Shown: piece by piece, positions 1 through 13,150 of the stretch
Layout of the letters: every line of letters starts with the position of its first letter
Numbering within the stretch: position 1 is the stretch's first letter
NCBI RefSeq assembly: GCF_001194135.2
Contig: NC_068984.1
Span: 141,290,202-141,353,971, forward strand
Direction of reading: 5' to 3'
Source of the DNA: Octopus bimaculoides
Lineage: Eukaryota
Length of the DNA: 63,770 nucleotides
Position numbers and translations under genes: made by a program
The notes under the pieces: model-generated
Seen by the model: the letters and a program-made list of their open reading frames with translations, nothing else
Databases searched by the model: none
What the model was told of the DNA's origin: nothing

Positions 1-106
1 GGCTATAGGAGAAGACATATGCCCAAGGTGTCACGCAGTGGGACTGAACCCGGAACCCTGTGGTTCGTAAGCAAGCTACTTACCACACAGCCACTCCTAC
101 GCCTAT
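1..106 (-). mobile_element. SINE family A head (ggagtggctgtgtggtaag...ggttcagtccc)
   Basis: Reverse complement of the heads at 38746 and 59627. Confidence 0.85.
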
Positions 107-929
107 GGTCAGCTTTGACTAACAACCCCTTTTCCTTTTTGTTCATGTGTGTGTGTGTACACGTCTGTATGTGTGCATGTTTAGATGTGTGTACATGTGT
201 AATTCTATAGCTTGTTTCAGCCACGAAGGCTAAGGCCACAATGGTGCCATGGCCTTAGCCTTTACACCTAAGACAAACTGTCGATTATATAATTATATAT
301 AAATATACTCTTTATGTGTGTGTAAATATATGTTATGTGTCGCTCCACACATGCGTATACATAAGTGTATATATGTATATGTTGTGTAGGGTGCATAATA
401 TATATGTGTATACTTACACACACAGACATGTATTCACAAGCCTCAATCCTGTCTGTGTGTGTGTGTGTGTTATCCCTCATCCTTCCCCACTGTCGGCTGA
501 CATTTCCGGAAATGAATGCAATCTGAAGTGTCAACAAAATACCTCCTTTGTTAAAATGACAGGGTCTTTACCTCTGCCTTCTTCCATCCCTCTCTCCTTC
601 CACATCTCTCTTCCTTTTTTTTTGCCTCTTTCTCCCTCATCTCAATTTTGATATAATATTTGCCTGTTCCTTTCCCCTTTGAATTACCATAAACATGATG
701 AGGGGTGGTGGTGGTGGTGGTGGTGGCAGTAATGATGGTTGTAGTGACTGTAACAGGGATGGTGGTGGTGGTGGTGCTGGTTGTAATTGTGATGTGACAG
801 AAGAGAGAAATGTTGACACTGTAGTAGTCTGAATGATGTAACGAAGGTTTTGGTTGGAAGGGGTCTAGTGCTCCCACTTATTGATTTTGCTCACCCCTAC
901 AACATCTCTTCTGTTATTGATCAGTGCAG

Positions 930-1560
930 CTACGTGTAATAAGATATTAGTTTCACATTTTGGCACAAGGCCAGCAAGTTTGGGGGAGGGGGAAAGTCAA
1001 TTACATCGGCCCCCCCAATGCTGGGGGAAATGCTTAGTGCTGTTTCGTCTCTCTGTATGTTCTGAGATCAAATTCCTGTTGAGATTGACTTTGCCTTTCG
1101 TCCTTTTTGGGGTGGTCAATAAAATAAGTACCAGTTGAGTCCTGTGGTCAATCTAATTGACTTACCCCCCCNNNNNNNNNNNNNNNNNNNNNNNNNNNNN
1201 NNNNNNNNNCCCTCACCACCCTTGAAAATTACTGGCCCTGTGCCAACATCTGAAACCAGTGTCACTGACTCCAGTTCTGGACTCGACTGGTGCTTTATTT
1301 TATTGACTCCAGACCGATGAAAGGCAATCCTTGGCGACGTATAGAGCCAGAGGAAATACTGCGAGGCATGTTGTCCGATTCTCTGATGAATCCACAAATA
1401 CATCAGCCTTCAGCTGTTTCTAATTCAGGCAGAGGGCCAGTCATTTTTGAAGAGAGGAGCTAATCAATGCCATCGACCCTAATAAATATTAGGGTACTTT
1501 ATCAGCTTTGGAAGTATGAAAGGCAGAGTTGACCAATGTTGAATTTGAACTCAGAATGGA
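930..1560. mobile_element. Cluster of SINE family B fragments in both orientations
   Basis: Repeated gactttgcctttc...aataagtaccag...ctggggtcgat core. Confidence 0.75.
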
Positions 1561-1570
1561 ACAAATTCTA

Positions 1571-2125
1571 CGAGGGTGAGTCAAAAAGTAATGCCATTTT
1601 GTTTAGGGCAGGTATAATTACCAACACAGGAACATGTATCATACATCAAAATGAAGCTGGTCCTCTGTGGATCACATCCCTACTTCTCAACATAGTCACC
1701 GTTTCTCTCAATAGCAATGTTCTACCTTCGTATGAGAGCATGTATCCCTGCCTCGTAAAATTCTGTTGACTGTTCTTTGAGCCACTTCACTACAGTTTTC
1801 ACTTCCTCGTCACTGGAATAATTTAGCGCCTTCAGACTATCATCTCTTCAGCCCCATAAAAGAGGCAAACATTGTTCCAGTGATGAGGAAGAGAAAACTC
1901 TAGTGAAGAAGTGGCTCAAAGAATAGTCAACAGAATTTTACGGAGCAGGGATGCATGCTCTCATTCGAAGGTGGAACATTGCTATTGAGAGAAACGGTGA
2001 CTATGTTGAGAAGTAGGGATGTGATCCACAGAGGACCAGCTTCATTTTGATGTATGATGCATGTTCCTGTGTTGGTAATTATACCTGTCCTAAACAAAAT
2101 GGCATTACTTTTTGACTCACCCTCA
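1571..2125. mobile_element. Palindromic non-autonomous mariner made of two inverted right ends
   Basis: TA at both flanks (1569-70, 2126-27); termini CGAGGGTGAGTCAAAAAGTAATGCC; inverted arms 1571-1822 and 1871-2125. The + strand reads LAPSDYHLFSPIK..GKHCSSDEEEKTLVKKWLKE*STEFYGAGMHALIRRWNIAIERNGDYVEK, a mariner transposase C-terminus. Confidence 0.92.
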
Positions 2126-2344
2126 TACAAGACATTATTATAGCTGCTGCTTTAATATTTCTGCCAGTCAACTCTGCTAGATTTGTACTTTTATTTGTCT
2201 CTGACTGATAAGGCTCTCCACATTAACTAGAGTACAAAAAAGAACTTCATGTAGATACCTGTCTTTCTGCTGGTGTATATCTGTGTGCCTGTCCCCACTT
2301 CTGTACCTTCTCTTTATTTGTAGTAATGTCTCCCAGGAATTTGA

Positions 2345-2678
2345 TTCCCAACCACATGGTTCTGGGTTCAGTCTCACTGCGTGGCACCTTGGACAAGTGT
2401 CTTCTACTATAGCCTCAAGCTGACCAAAGCTTTGTGAGTGGACTTGGTAGACCGATACTGAAAGAAGCCTATTGTGTGTGTGTGTGTGTTTGTCCCCCAC
2501 TACAACTTGACGGCTGGTGTTGGGATATTTATGTTCCCATAACTTAGTGGTTTGGCAAAAGAGACTGATAGATTAAGTAGCAGGCTTAAGAAAGTATTGG
2601 CATTGATTCATCTGACTAAAAATTTCTCAAGACTGTGCCCCAGCATGGTCGCAGTCTAATGACTGAAACAAGTAAAAG
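2345..2678 (+). mobile_element. SINE family A with internal (TG)n
   Basis: Head, internal microsatellite, then the cagcatggtcgcagtctaatgactgaaacaagtaaaag tail. Confidence 0.85.
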
Positions 2679-2773
2679 GTCTGTCTGTTTGTCTGTGTGT
2701 GGTTTGTTAATATGGTAGACTTAGCAATTATTCTTTATTAGTAATCAACTTTCACTTTTAGTCAAATCCCCAG

Positions 2774-2818
<45 letters not shown>

Positions 2819-3032
2819 AATTCGATGGACTCCTAGAATCCTCTGAGACTCTGTATGGCTGTGTAATTTTCTAACTTGGTGGACTCCTAGTAGTCGGCTT
2901 TCATTTCATTCAGATGCTGTCGTTTGACTATGTGACTGTATATAACAATGTGACTGTGTTATTTGTGTGTGTGCATGGGACTCTGTGTGTGTGTGTGTGA
3001 GACTGTAACACATGCTCTTTCACAGACACACA

Positions 3033-3076
<44 letters not shown>

Positions 3077-3219
3077 ACTCTCTCTCTCTTTCCCATGCAA
3101 CTCTCTCTCTCTCTCCCTTGCAACTCTCTCACTCTCTATATACTCAGTTCTCTTTAAGTGTTCTCATCGCATTGAAGTTGTACTTTTCTGTAATGAAGTA
3201 AATTATTGTATCCCGAATA

Positions 3220-3500
3220 CCATTCACCATCATCATCACAACTCACCTTCTCTACATCACCTATATACCACCACCACCACCATGCTCCAAACACCATCAC
3301 TACCACCCATCTTATCTCACTTTGTCTACACCATCACCGTGCTATCATTCTCTCATCATCACCGCTACTGCTACAACCCATACCACCTTATCTCAATGTC
3401 TGCATCCTCACAACCATTATCCTACTTTCATCATCACCACCACCATCACCATCACCACACCATTCTTCTGCCACCACCACAATAACCACACCTATTATAT
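3220..3500. repeat. (CAT/CAC)n low-complexity tract; similar tracts at 690-800 and 55540-55850
   Basis: Degenerate trinucleotide repeats. Confidence 0.85.
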
Positions 3501-4056
3501 CAGCATTGTCTTATTTTTACTATTTAAAAATAAGGTATTGTATTGTGATTGTAATGTGAGAGATTCAATGTTTTAAGATTGGCTGCTGCTGCTGTTGTTG
3601 TTGATGCTGCTGCTGTTGTTGTTGTTATTGAGATAGAGATCCATCTCAATCGTTATTGTTGAACAGTCTCTAAATTACCCAATTGTTAATGAAAGTCTTA
3701 ATTGTTTTCTATTAATAGCATTTAATTTTTATTTGTAAATATTCAGTAGTAGCAGCAGCAGCAGCAGTTGGGGATTTCTTGGTGAGATTGGTTGCCTCTG
3801 TTGTCATGTCGCCTATCTACCTTTTCTCTGTTCAAATCCCTGAACGGATTTGATATTACCATTTACCTATTTCACTCATTAGACTGGAGCTCCACCTTGG
3901 AGAATTTTCATCGAATAAATTGCCTCCAGTACCCCTGTACTTTTTTTTGTTAATTTTAAATCTGGTAATTTATTCTACTGGTCTCTTGATGAATTGCCAA
4001 GTTATGGGGATGTAAACACACCAACACTGGTTGTCAAGCAGTGGTGGCGGACAAAC

Positions 4057-4116
<60 letters not shown>

Positions 4117-4179
4117 CATACATATTGGTAGCAGCAACTTTATCTCATATCCATGTATTTTTTTTTCTTCTTTACTGAA

Positions 4180-4715
4180 TGCTTTCTTTATGGTGATACC
4201 ATCGATGACTCTCTCGACCAATTCTTGCATCGAAGAGTCAATCGCATTGACTGTACGGCAATGTTGGTGAAGGATGAGATGATTTCATCGAGCCTTTCTC
4301 TCCTCTCATTTGATTTCTTCCTTTTCTCTTGTGGCGGCTTCAAACATTTTATTTCCAATGGTCACAGAACACCTCCACTTGGTATGGTCTCAGGCTTGGG
4401 TTTCAAACAGTTTCCTGAAGTGAGCTCACTGAATAAGAAGCCTTGGCCTGGGAACCTTGACTCTTCAATTCTTGCTACATGTTCTGACCATTGAAGGTGA
4501 GGTTTCATGATCAGCGATTTGATACTTTGACTGTTGGCTCCCTCCAGGACCTTGTTGTTGGTCACATACTGTTCTCATTTGATGCTCAAGATCAAATGAA
4601 GCTTTTTGCTGGTGAAAGCATTCTAAATTTTGGATGTTGCGACAATATAGAGTCCAGGTTCTACAGCCATATAGCAAAGTTGAAATGACAACAGCATTAT
4701 AAACCATAATTTTTG
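4180..4715 (-). mobile_element. Decayed RTE-BovB-like LINE, 3' part of the ORF
   Basis: Frameshifted minus-strand pieces: VYNAVVISTLLYGCRTWTLY..., TNNKVLEGANSQSIKSLIMKPHLQWSEHVARIEESRFP, FEAATREKEEIK*EERKAR, and a terminal zinc-finger-like QCD*LFDARIGRESHR. All are typical of RTE C-termini. Confidence 0.85.
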
Positions 4716-6421
4716 TTAAGATCTTTGTTGTTGGAGTACTTTTATATATTGTGTTCGGTATTAAAGAAAAACACAGATCTAGTTTGTTTTTAGTCAGAGC
4801 AGGCAGTGCTGTGCCTGAAGGCCTTTTTTCAACACTCTACTACAACGTTCCAACCTCTGGTGTATTTAGTCCTTCTCAGCAGTTGTCAAAGTTAATTTTT
4901 ACCAGCAGAAACCCTCAGTTTTTTTTCATTGATTCAGTGTAGATGTACTGTCTCCAAGCAGTACTACACTGAGAATCCTTGTTCACAGTATTCAGAACAC
5001 ACTCTCTTTGCCAGTTTCGCTATGACTGTTGACAATTTCCGTCATCCTTTATCCATTTTGCTGTTTAATCTAACCTTATTTTGAGGGTTAGCAATGTTTC
5101 CATGGTGGGCAACTCTTGTAATGGTCGCTGGCCCAAACACATATCCTCAAACCTCACCAATAGAATTTATTGCAAGCTGACTTCAAATTAAGCTTATAAC
5201 AGGTGGCCAGGTAGCAACTGATTAATGTAAAAACATACCTTCAACTAGATTAGCAAGATAAGCTAGGTGAATACCAATAGGACTTAAACCAGCGCATAAC
5301 ATATCTGCTATAGAATTTCAATATTGTACCCATATATTGTACCCATATAAACTGACTGACACTGAACTGTACCTCATCCAACCTTACCCTGCACTATGAT
5401 GTTCTTGTATGAGCACTTGTGGGTGATATATAACTTCAGACAAGAATAGAGGTGTTGGCTGTATGGCTCACATTAAACATCTCTCTTTCCTGTGTGTGTG
5501 TAGTTTTGATTTACCATTGTGGTTTTTTTAGTTATTGAGATAGTAATTCTTAAGATGCCTGAAACTGGTCAGACTCTCCTTGGGAGACAGGTTAGAAATG
5601 CAACTCCTTGACAAACTTGTTTATTACCAAAGCTAGCCAAAGGGGGGCTACTGGTTCCTTGGAGTTGGTAATGGCTTCACTCACCAAGACAGTTAACATT
5701 TTCACAAATTCTCTCTCAGATGATCATTATTTCTCTATGGTGTCAATTAAATTTGTTTAACTAATTGGAAATCCATCAGTTTCTTTTGGCCTTGTAATCA
5801 TCTCACGCCCTCCTCTTCCTTCTTCTCCTCCTCCTCCTCCTCCTCCTCATCATCATCATCAGTAGCAACCAGTTCTCAAACATTTCTGCTACTTGACCTC
5901 CCATGTAAGAATGATGACTATTCCCCCCCCCNNNNNNNNNNNNNNNNNNNNNNNNNNNNNNNNNNNNNNNNNNNNNNNNNNNNNNNNNNNNNNNNNNNNN
6001 NNNNNNNNNNNNNNNNNNNNNNNNNNNNNNNNNNNNNNNNNNNNNNNNNNNNNNNNNNNNNNNNNNNNNNNNNNNNNNNNNNNNNNNNNNNNNNNNNNNN
6101 NNNNNNNNNNNNNNNNNNNNNNNNNNNNNNNNNNNNNNNNNNNATTTCTATGGTGTCATCTCGTGGTGTTGTTTTACTGCAATTCAGTAAAACAGTTGTC
6201 TTATCAGTCTTTCTGACACTAAGTTGTGAAAGTTTCAAGATAGCTGCTCCAACTGGCCCAACAAGAGAGAGAGAGAGAGAGAGAGGTAACAGTGAGCAAC
6301 TTCACTAATTGGAGTATGAATCAATGAGAGAGCCTCTATGTTTGCTAGTTCTCTGAGGAAAATTTGCAGCCAGATCCCTCTGTAAACACCTAATCTTTGT
6401 GTTAGCATTTTTGTTGAAATA

Positions 6422-7316
6422 CGAGATGGTATCAAAAGGTTCCTGGACTAGTTATGTTTAATAAAAAAATAACTTATTTACCCAAGTTTTCACACCTGCT
6501 CCTTCGAAATAAGTCACCGTGCACAGCAATACATCAGTCCCAGCGTTCCTGCCACTTTTAGAATCTGGCCCGGAGGTCGTTTTCTGTAAGTGGGTCAAGG
6601 ACCTTCTGCAATTCACCCCAGATCTCAACAATGGTGTCAAAATGGTGACCTTTGAGCTGCATTTTCATCTTGTGGAAGAGATGGAAGTCCGCAGGTGCTA
6701 AATCTGGTGAATAGGGCAGGTATGGAAGTGATACCGTGTTGCTTTTGGCGGTAGCAAGCTCATGAGTGAGGAGAGCTCTGTAAAGAATCCGATTCTTTGT
6801 GCTCAACTGATCCACTTGTTTTCACCGAATGTCTTTCCTCAAACATTTCAAAACATTGCAGTGGAACTCTCGATTGACAGTCTGGCCCTGGGGGACAAAT
6901 TTTCGAAACCACATTTCTGGAGGTGACGCTTGTGGCAGGTCTTCCAGATACCTCATCATCTTCCAGGGACATTCTTCTACTTTTGGCGTGCCTGTGACAC
7001 TTCAAACATTGCATATAACCCATTGCGTTGTTGCCGTAATCTTGCTGAAGCATGCTCAATGTCCTTGTGGCAGACTTCCCAAGTTTGATGTAAAATTTTA
7101 TGTTGGCTCTTTGTTCCGTCCATGACTAAATTGCAGACTATACATATACGTGATCAGAAAAACACAAATTTCACTACTTGCAAAGTAAACACAGCAATGT
7201 CGCTTGGCACACTGCCTCATGAAGGTCACTGCTAGCTTTCACTGCACACTCAACCATGTGCTGCCATCTGTTGGTGCACTACAAAACTAGTCTGGGAACT
7301 TTTTGATACCACCTCG
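6422..7316 (-). mobile_element. Internally deleted mariner (Tc1/mariner) element
   Basis: TIRs CGAGATGGTATCAAAAGGTTCCTGGACTAGTT and AACTAGTCTGGGAACTTTTTGATACCACCTCG with TA flanks. Transposase relics include YGNNAMG...SLEDDEVSGRPATS and PYSPDLAPADFHLFHKMKMQLKGHHFDT. Confidence 0.93.
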
Positions 7317-7434
7317 TACGCAGCCTTTGTTCCAATCAGTTTTTTAAAATAATGAAAAATTTGATAAAGTAACATTGTCATTATTGATCTGCTGTTTGGA
7401 ACCATATATTAACATGTAATTTTGATGGAAGGCT

Positions 7435-7692
7435 GTGGAGGCGCATGGCTTAGTGGTTAGGGTATCAGCATCACGATTGTAAGATTGTGGTTTCAATTCC
7501 TGGACCGGGCGACGCATTGTGTTCTTGAGCAAAACACTTCATTTCACATTGCTCCAGTCCACTCAGCTGGCAAACATGAGTAACGCTGCGATGGACTGGT
7601 GTCCCGTCCAGCTGGGGAGCACGTACGCCATAGAAACCGGGAAACTAGGCCCATGAGCCTGGCTAGGCTTTAAAAGGGTGCATTTATTTTAT
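7435..7692 (+). mobile_element. Full-length tRNA-derived SINE with a V-SINE-like central motif
   Basis: A-box-like tggcttagtgg and B-box-like gtttcaattcc; tgcgatggactggtgtcccgtccag motif; 15-bp TSD TTTTGATGGAAGGCT at 7420-7434 and 7693-7707. Confidence 0.9.
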
Positions 7693-8380
7693 TTTTGATG
7701 GAAGGCTACAAATTAGAGCAGGAGTGGTCCCTCTGATAAACTTCAGCCATCAAGAAGTGGTTGAGGGGCTCTTAGTCTTTTTTGTAACTTTCTGAATTAG
7801 AGATTTGTAGGAAAAATGCATCCAAGAGTGATTTTAGCCTCTAGCTTTATAGTGTTAGATGGATAAAAGATAGAATACGTCCAGGGTAGGATGTCTATCA
7901 CGTAGAACACGTCCGGGTAATCTGGTATTTTATTTCAGCAGACATGTACCAAAAGACTTAAAGAAACAAAGTTTAATACAAATATGAGCAGAGAACTCTA
8001 AGATGATTAGTGTAACATCTTATCAACAGGGGAAGATGAGGAGGGTGATTGATGTGTGTGTGTGGGGGGGGGNNNNNNNNNNNNNNNNNNNNNNNNNNNN
8101 NNNNNNNNNNNNNNNNNNNNNNNNNNNNNNNNNNNNNNNNNNNNNNNNNNNNNNNNNNNNNNNNNNNNNNNNNNNNNNNNNNNNNNNNATATAAATAACT
8201 GGAAGAGTTGGAGATAATTAATGTGGGGTATAGAGTCGATAGGGTGAGAGTGGGATGATTAATGTTGGTTTTATGATTGGAGAAAAAAACATGTGTCAGA
8301 AGAGATCTCCAGGGGAATATAGAATTTGAGGAAATGTTTGGCAAAGTGTGCTTTGTACACGGTCTACAACGAAGAGCGAG

Positions 8381-8413
<33 letters not shown>

Positions 8414-8618
8414 TTGGCATTGGAAGAGGATAGTTAGGTGCAGCAAATGGGGTTTGAGTGATGATTGGTGATGTAGAGTCAGCTGGTTCAGAGTCACAGA
8501 CAACAAAGGAATTAGTGGTGACCTCTGTTGGCATGGAGGGTATTGCACGGAACATCAGAACTTGCAACACTACAAACCCCTTAACATGTTAATTTTAGAT
8601 GTTTCTTGGCTTAGTAAA

Positions 8619-8664
8619 ACTCTCGATTGACGGTTTGGCCCTGGGAGACAAATTTTCGAAACCA
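8619..8664 (-). mobile_element. Short internal fragment of the same mariner family as 6422-7316
   Basis: ctctcgattgacggtttggccctgggagacaaattttcgaaacca closely matches 6868-6911. Confidence 0.7.
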
Positions 8665-9473
8665 TGATACTGGAACATTGTCATTGATTACCCTCTAACG
8701 GGTTGTCATTTCATACTCCTCATCATAATCCTCATCATCCTCTTTTTGTCATTGTCATCATCACCATCACAAACCCCTCCCATCACTGTGAATACCTTTA
8801 AAGTAGCCACTATCCTATGAATCCCTTGTACTTCCCAAAAGTGATAGACTTGAAGTCTTCAAGTAAGTGCACAGGTATTTTACCTGATCAATTCTTTTGC
8901 CAACATACCAATTAATGGCAACAGGGAATGTCACAGAAATGTTTAGTCTTCTGCACTCAACACTGAACAAAGGTGTGGCTTCACAGGATTTTGGTTGTTA
9001 TCTGTTGCAGGCCAAAGCCATGTAGAAGTTCCGTTGTTGGTTCGTACAACTTGTAGATGGTGGCCTGATGATTCTATGATTCACTTCCTCTCTGCTTTTG
9101 TTATCTCGTATGACATTCCATAACCTGACTAAAATATCTGAGTGGACAGTTTTTGTTTTAAATGCTAGTTTATACGAAACTGATAGTCGATGTACTTGGT
9201 CTTTGTGGGTGTGTGTGTGTGTGTGCATGTACTTGCATATTTGTCTTGGCACACCTCTGACTAGTTGTTTAGCCCTCATGTCAGCAATTGATCAGACTTC
9301 CGATAAAATGTTCAAGACCTGGGTGTGGTTGTGTGGTTAAGAAGTATACTTTGCAACCATATAATCTTAGGTTCAATTCACAGCATGGCAACTTGGTCAT
9401 GTCTTTTATTGTTTCCTTGGGTTGGCTAAGGCTTTCTGAGTGGAAGTAGTAAGCAGAAAGTATTTGAAAGTTT

Positions 9474-9710
9474 AAGGGCAGCGAGCTGGCAGAAATGTTA
9501 GCATGCCGGGCAAAATGCTTAGTGGCATTTCGTCTGCTGCTACGTTCTGAGTTCAAATTCCGCCAAGGTCGACTTTGCCTATCATCCTTTCGGGGTCGAT
9601 TAAATAAGTACCAGTTACGCACTGGGGTCGATCTAATCGACTTAATCCCTTTGTCTGTCCTTGTTTGTCCCCTCCATGTTTTGCCCTTTGTGAGCAATAA
9701 AGAAATAAGT
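9474..9710 (+). mobile_element. SINE family B, left monomer
   Basis: gcgagctggcagaaatgttagc...gagttcaaattccgccaaggtcgactttgcc...aaagaaataagt. Confidence 0.9.
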
Positions 9711-10643
9711 AACTGTTTGAAAGTTTATAGTATACTTTTTGTTTTTAACTTATTCCAACCCTAGCTGTGGCCATTCTGGGACACTGGTATTAAAAATGTG
9801 TGCTCACAACAAAACAACATACGTATGAACGTGTGTGTGTGTGAAGTGTTTGTGTGTGAAGTGTTTGTTTGTTTGGGTATGTCCATACAGTTGTCATTTT
9901 CACTTGTTCACATGAGATGCTTTCATCATAAGACAGTGTTGTGTTTACATTGCTAGTGGATGTTATGTCCTGTAGTTCTGCACTCTTAGTGGAATGAAAA
10001 TATCCCTTACTAGTAAAACTGGTAATGGTTGACTGCAGGAAGATCTTACAGAGGGGGAGGAGGGCTAAGCAGTGATAAATAAAATTGTAATGTTATCATC
10101 AATCTGAATATGTTTGAGGCATGTTCTAACTGGAGGGCAAGCTACTCAATGTATTTTGTCATGGTAAATATATCCCGTTTGTTGACAAATGGTGTGTATA
10201 CACCTAGATCAGCTCACAGCACCATATATTTCGACTGAATGTTTATGTCCCTGCAACTTAACATTTTGTCTGATAGAGTACCAGGCTTTAAAAACAAATT
10301 AGTGCTGGGGTCGATACATTTGACTAAAATTCCAAAGCAGTGCCCCAGCGTGGTTGCAGTGAAATGACTGAAACAAGTAAAAGATAATAGACACACACAC
10401 ACACACACACGCACACATTCATTATCTAACATATCTATTTTGTTTTAGCAACAGCAGAGTGTGATTAGGTGAATCTAACAGGATGTATAACCATGCAAAG
10501 TTTCTTCCTTTACTGATGTTAAAAATATTATCCAATTGCAAGTTAACCATTAATAAATTATGTAGGAAATTCTTTTGTCAAGTAGACTTGTGCGGCACAC
10601 CTTTCAACTGAGCATGTTTAATTATTGCCAACCAAGAATTATT

Positions 10644-11042
10644 CTCTTCTACTCTAGGCACAAGGTCTGAAATTTGGGGGGGGGAGGGGCTCAGTTGATT
10701 AGATGGACCCCAGTATGCAACTGGTACTTAATTTATCAACCCCAAAAGGGTGAAAGGCAAAGTCGACCTCGGCGGAATTTGAACTCAGAACATAAAGACA
10801 GACGAAATATTTATTTCTTTACTGCCCACAAGGGGCTACACACAGAGGGGACAAACAAGGACAGATAAACGGATTAAGTCGATTATATCGACCCCAGTGC
10901 GTAACTGGTACTTATTTAATCGATCCCGAAAGGATGAAAGGCAAATTCGACCTCAGTGGAATTTGAACTCAGAACATAAAGACAGACGAAATACTGCTAA
11001 GCACTTCGTCCGGTGTGCTAACATTTCTGCCAGCTCACCGCC
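10644..11042 (-). mobile_element. Dimeric SINE (family B: aaggcgg.gagctggcag head)
   Basis: Two internally repeated bodies with different tails; flanking direct repeat TTGCCAACCAAGAATTATT at 10625-10643 and 11043-11061. Confidence 0.88.
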
Positions 11043-12769
11043 TTGCCAACCAAGAATTATTTTGGCCTTACTTAATCACTGTCTGCAGTTGGTGTTTATC
11101 TTTTACATTGTATCTTTGGACTGAGGCCTTGCTGGAGCACCACCTTGAAGAGTTTAGTTGAACAAATTGACTCCAACAGAAGAGGATGGGGACTGACGGG
11201 AACTCTGTCAGTTAGGTTGTCCAGGAGGACCTGGAAATATACTGACAAATGGTGAATGCAGCACTGCACCGCAATGTTGCATATGTCCACACCTGATCTG
11301 CTAGTCTATCGGTCAAATAGCCTGGACATTATTTCACAGAGGACTGCATGCAAACAACATTGAACGAAACTTTTTGGTACGGATCAACCCAATGTCCAAA
11401 CTACAAAAACGTATGTGTGCATGTGCACACACACACACACACACTCACACACTCACACACACACACACACACACACACGACCGGTTTCCTCCAGTTTCCT
11501 TCTTCCATATTTCACTAACAAGGCATTGGTTAAACTGAAGTTACAGTAAAGGCACCTGCCAATGGCATCTGTTTTTTGGGAGTGAACCCACAGCCATATG
11601 ATTCTGAAGCAAACTTCGTAACCAAACAGCCATGCTTACACCTATTTATAGAATAAAAATTTCCAAAGTAGACACTTTTAGACAGAACTGCCAATTTTAG
11701 ATAGAACTGGAAACCTATAACTTGTAGCACCTCCTAGGAGAGTGCAATATTCAATTACATGACAGACCGCTTGCCATTCCCTTCTCCCTAAATTAGCTAT
11801 TACAAAACCGTTTCTGCTATTTTAATGATAATTCTAGATTCTAGTTTCTGAAAAGGGGAAAAAAAAAAGAAATCTGAATATTGTTAAGTCATGAAATAAT
11901 GCTGTCGCACAACAATCTAGTACTGGATGGCTTTTGTTGTTGAAGGGTTTTGAATGGCTGGGAATGTAGGGTAAGGTTAAGTTGACCCTGAAAATGATGG
12001 TTTATACCTCTATGGGTGTTCACAATTTGATCTGCCGACATTCTTGAATTTTTGTTTAAAACAGGATTGTAAGTTTATGTTTTTATTTATTTATTTATTA
12101 TCTCTTTGTTTTGTTTTGTGTGTTTGGCATAAAGGATCTGTTTTGTTGATTGATGGTTGACAGGAAAAAAAGCGTCTGGTCGGATAGGGGGAAGAGGACA
12201 GTGTTGAGTCATCAGTTTAGATATAAATAGAATTGAGGGTTTGGATAAATGGATGGAATGATTAGTGGGGAATGTGTGGGAAGTGTGTGTGTGTGTGTGT
12301 GGCAAATTACAAACTCATTAGAGAGTTCTTGTGGTTGGATGCATAAGGTATATTGTGTGTGTGTGTGTGTGTGTGAGAGAGACGGAGAGAGAGAGAGGAA
12401 GATAGCTTTACTTCAAGCTATCTGTGTAATTAAGAAGTCAGTGCTGAGTGTTGTAATATAGGGGTGAGTTAAGTGAACTGAGGCCCCGCCCCACACTTTT
12501 CTTCCCTATCTTTTAAATTCTGATTTATATAATTTTATTTAACTTTGTGAATATCCTCAGGAAACGTACAACATTCCTTTTATTATTTTTTTTCTGCCAA
12601 AATCTTAAGCATAACTCTTACATCAGAAGTTATTATTAGTATTTTCATTTTCATAGAATCTAATTCAGAATCAGTCAATTAAACAGCAGTTAATGACTAG
12701 GGGAGCAGGCCTTTCCCCTTCCCTACTAAATTTGTAACATTCTACCAATTTGCAAAATTATTATTATTT

Positions 12770-13150
12770 GTTACTGTGCTGGACAAAATGCTTAAGCAGT
12801 ATTTCGCCTGTCTTTATTTACATTCTAAGTTCAAATTCTGCTGAGGTTGACTTTGCCATTCATCCTCTTGGGGTCAATAAATTAAGTACCAGTGAAACAC
12901 TGGGATTGATGTAATCAACTAGTCTCTTCCCTCCCCAAATTTCAGGCCTTGTGCCTTTAGTAGAAAAGATTATTAAGATGGTGAGCTGGTAGAATTATCA
13001 GAGCATCAGAAAAATTGCTTTTGTTCTGCATCAATTTTGTTCTGAGATCAATTTTGCCTCTCATCCTTTGAAGGCCAATAAAATAAAGTACCAGTCAAGT
13101 ACTTGGGCTGATAGTATCGATTAATCCCCTTCACTAAAAATTGCAAGCTT
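12770..13150 (+). mobile_element. Two tandem SINE family B copies
   Basis: Family core repeated across a gtagaaaagattatt junction. Confidence 0.8.

Noticed and set aside
5924-5931. Poly-C or poly-G runs at gap edges (also about 1164, 8064, 47006)
   Set aside because: Most likely short-read assembly breakpoints at homopolymers, with no biological signal.
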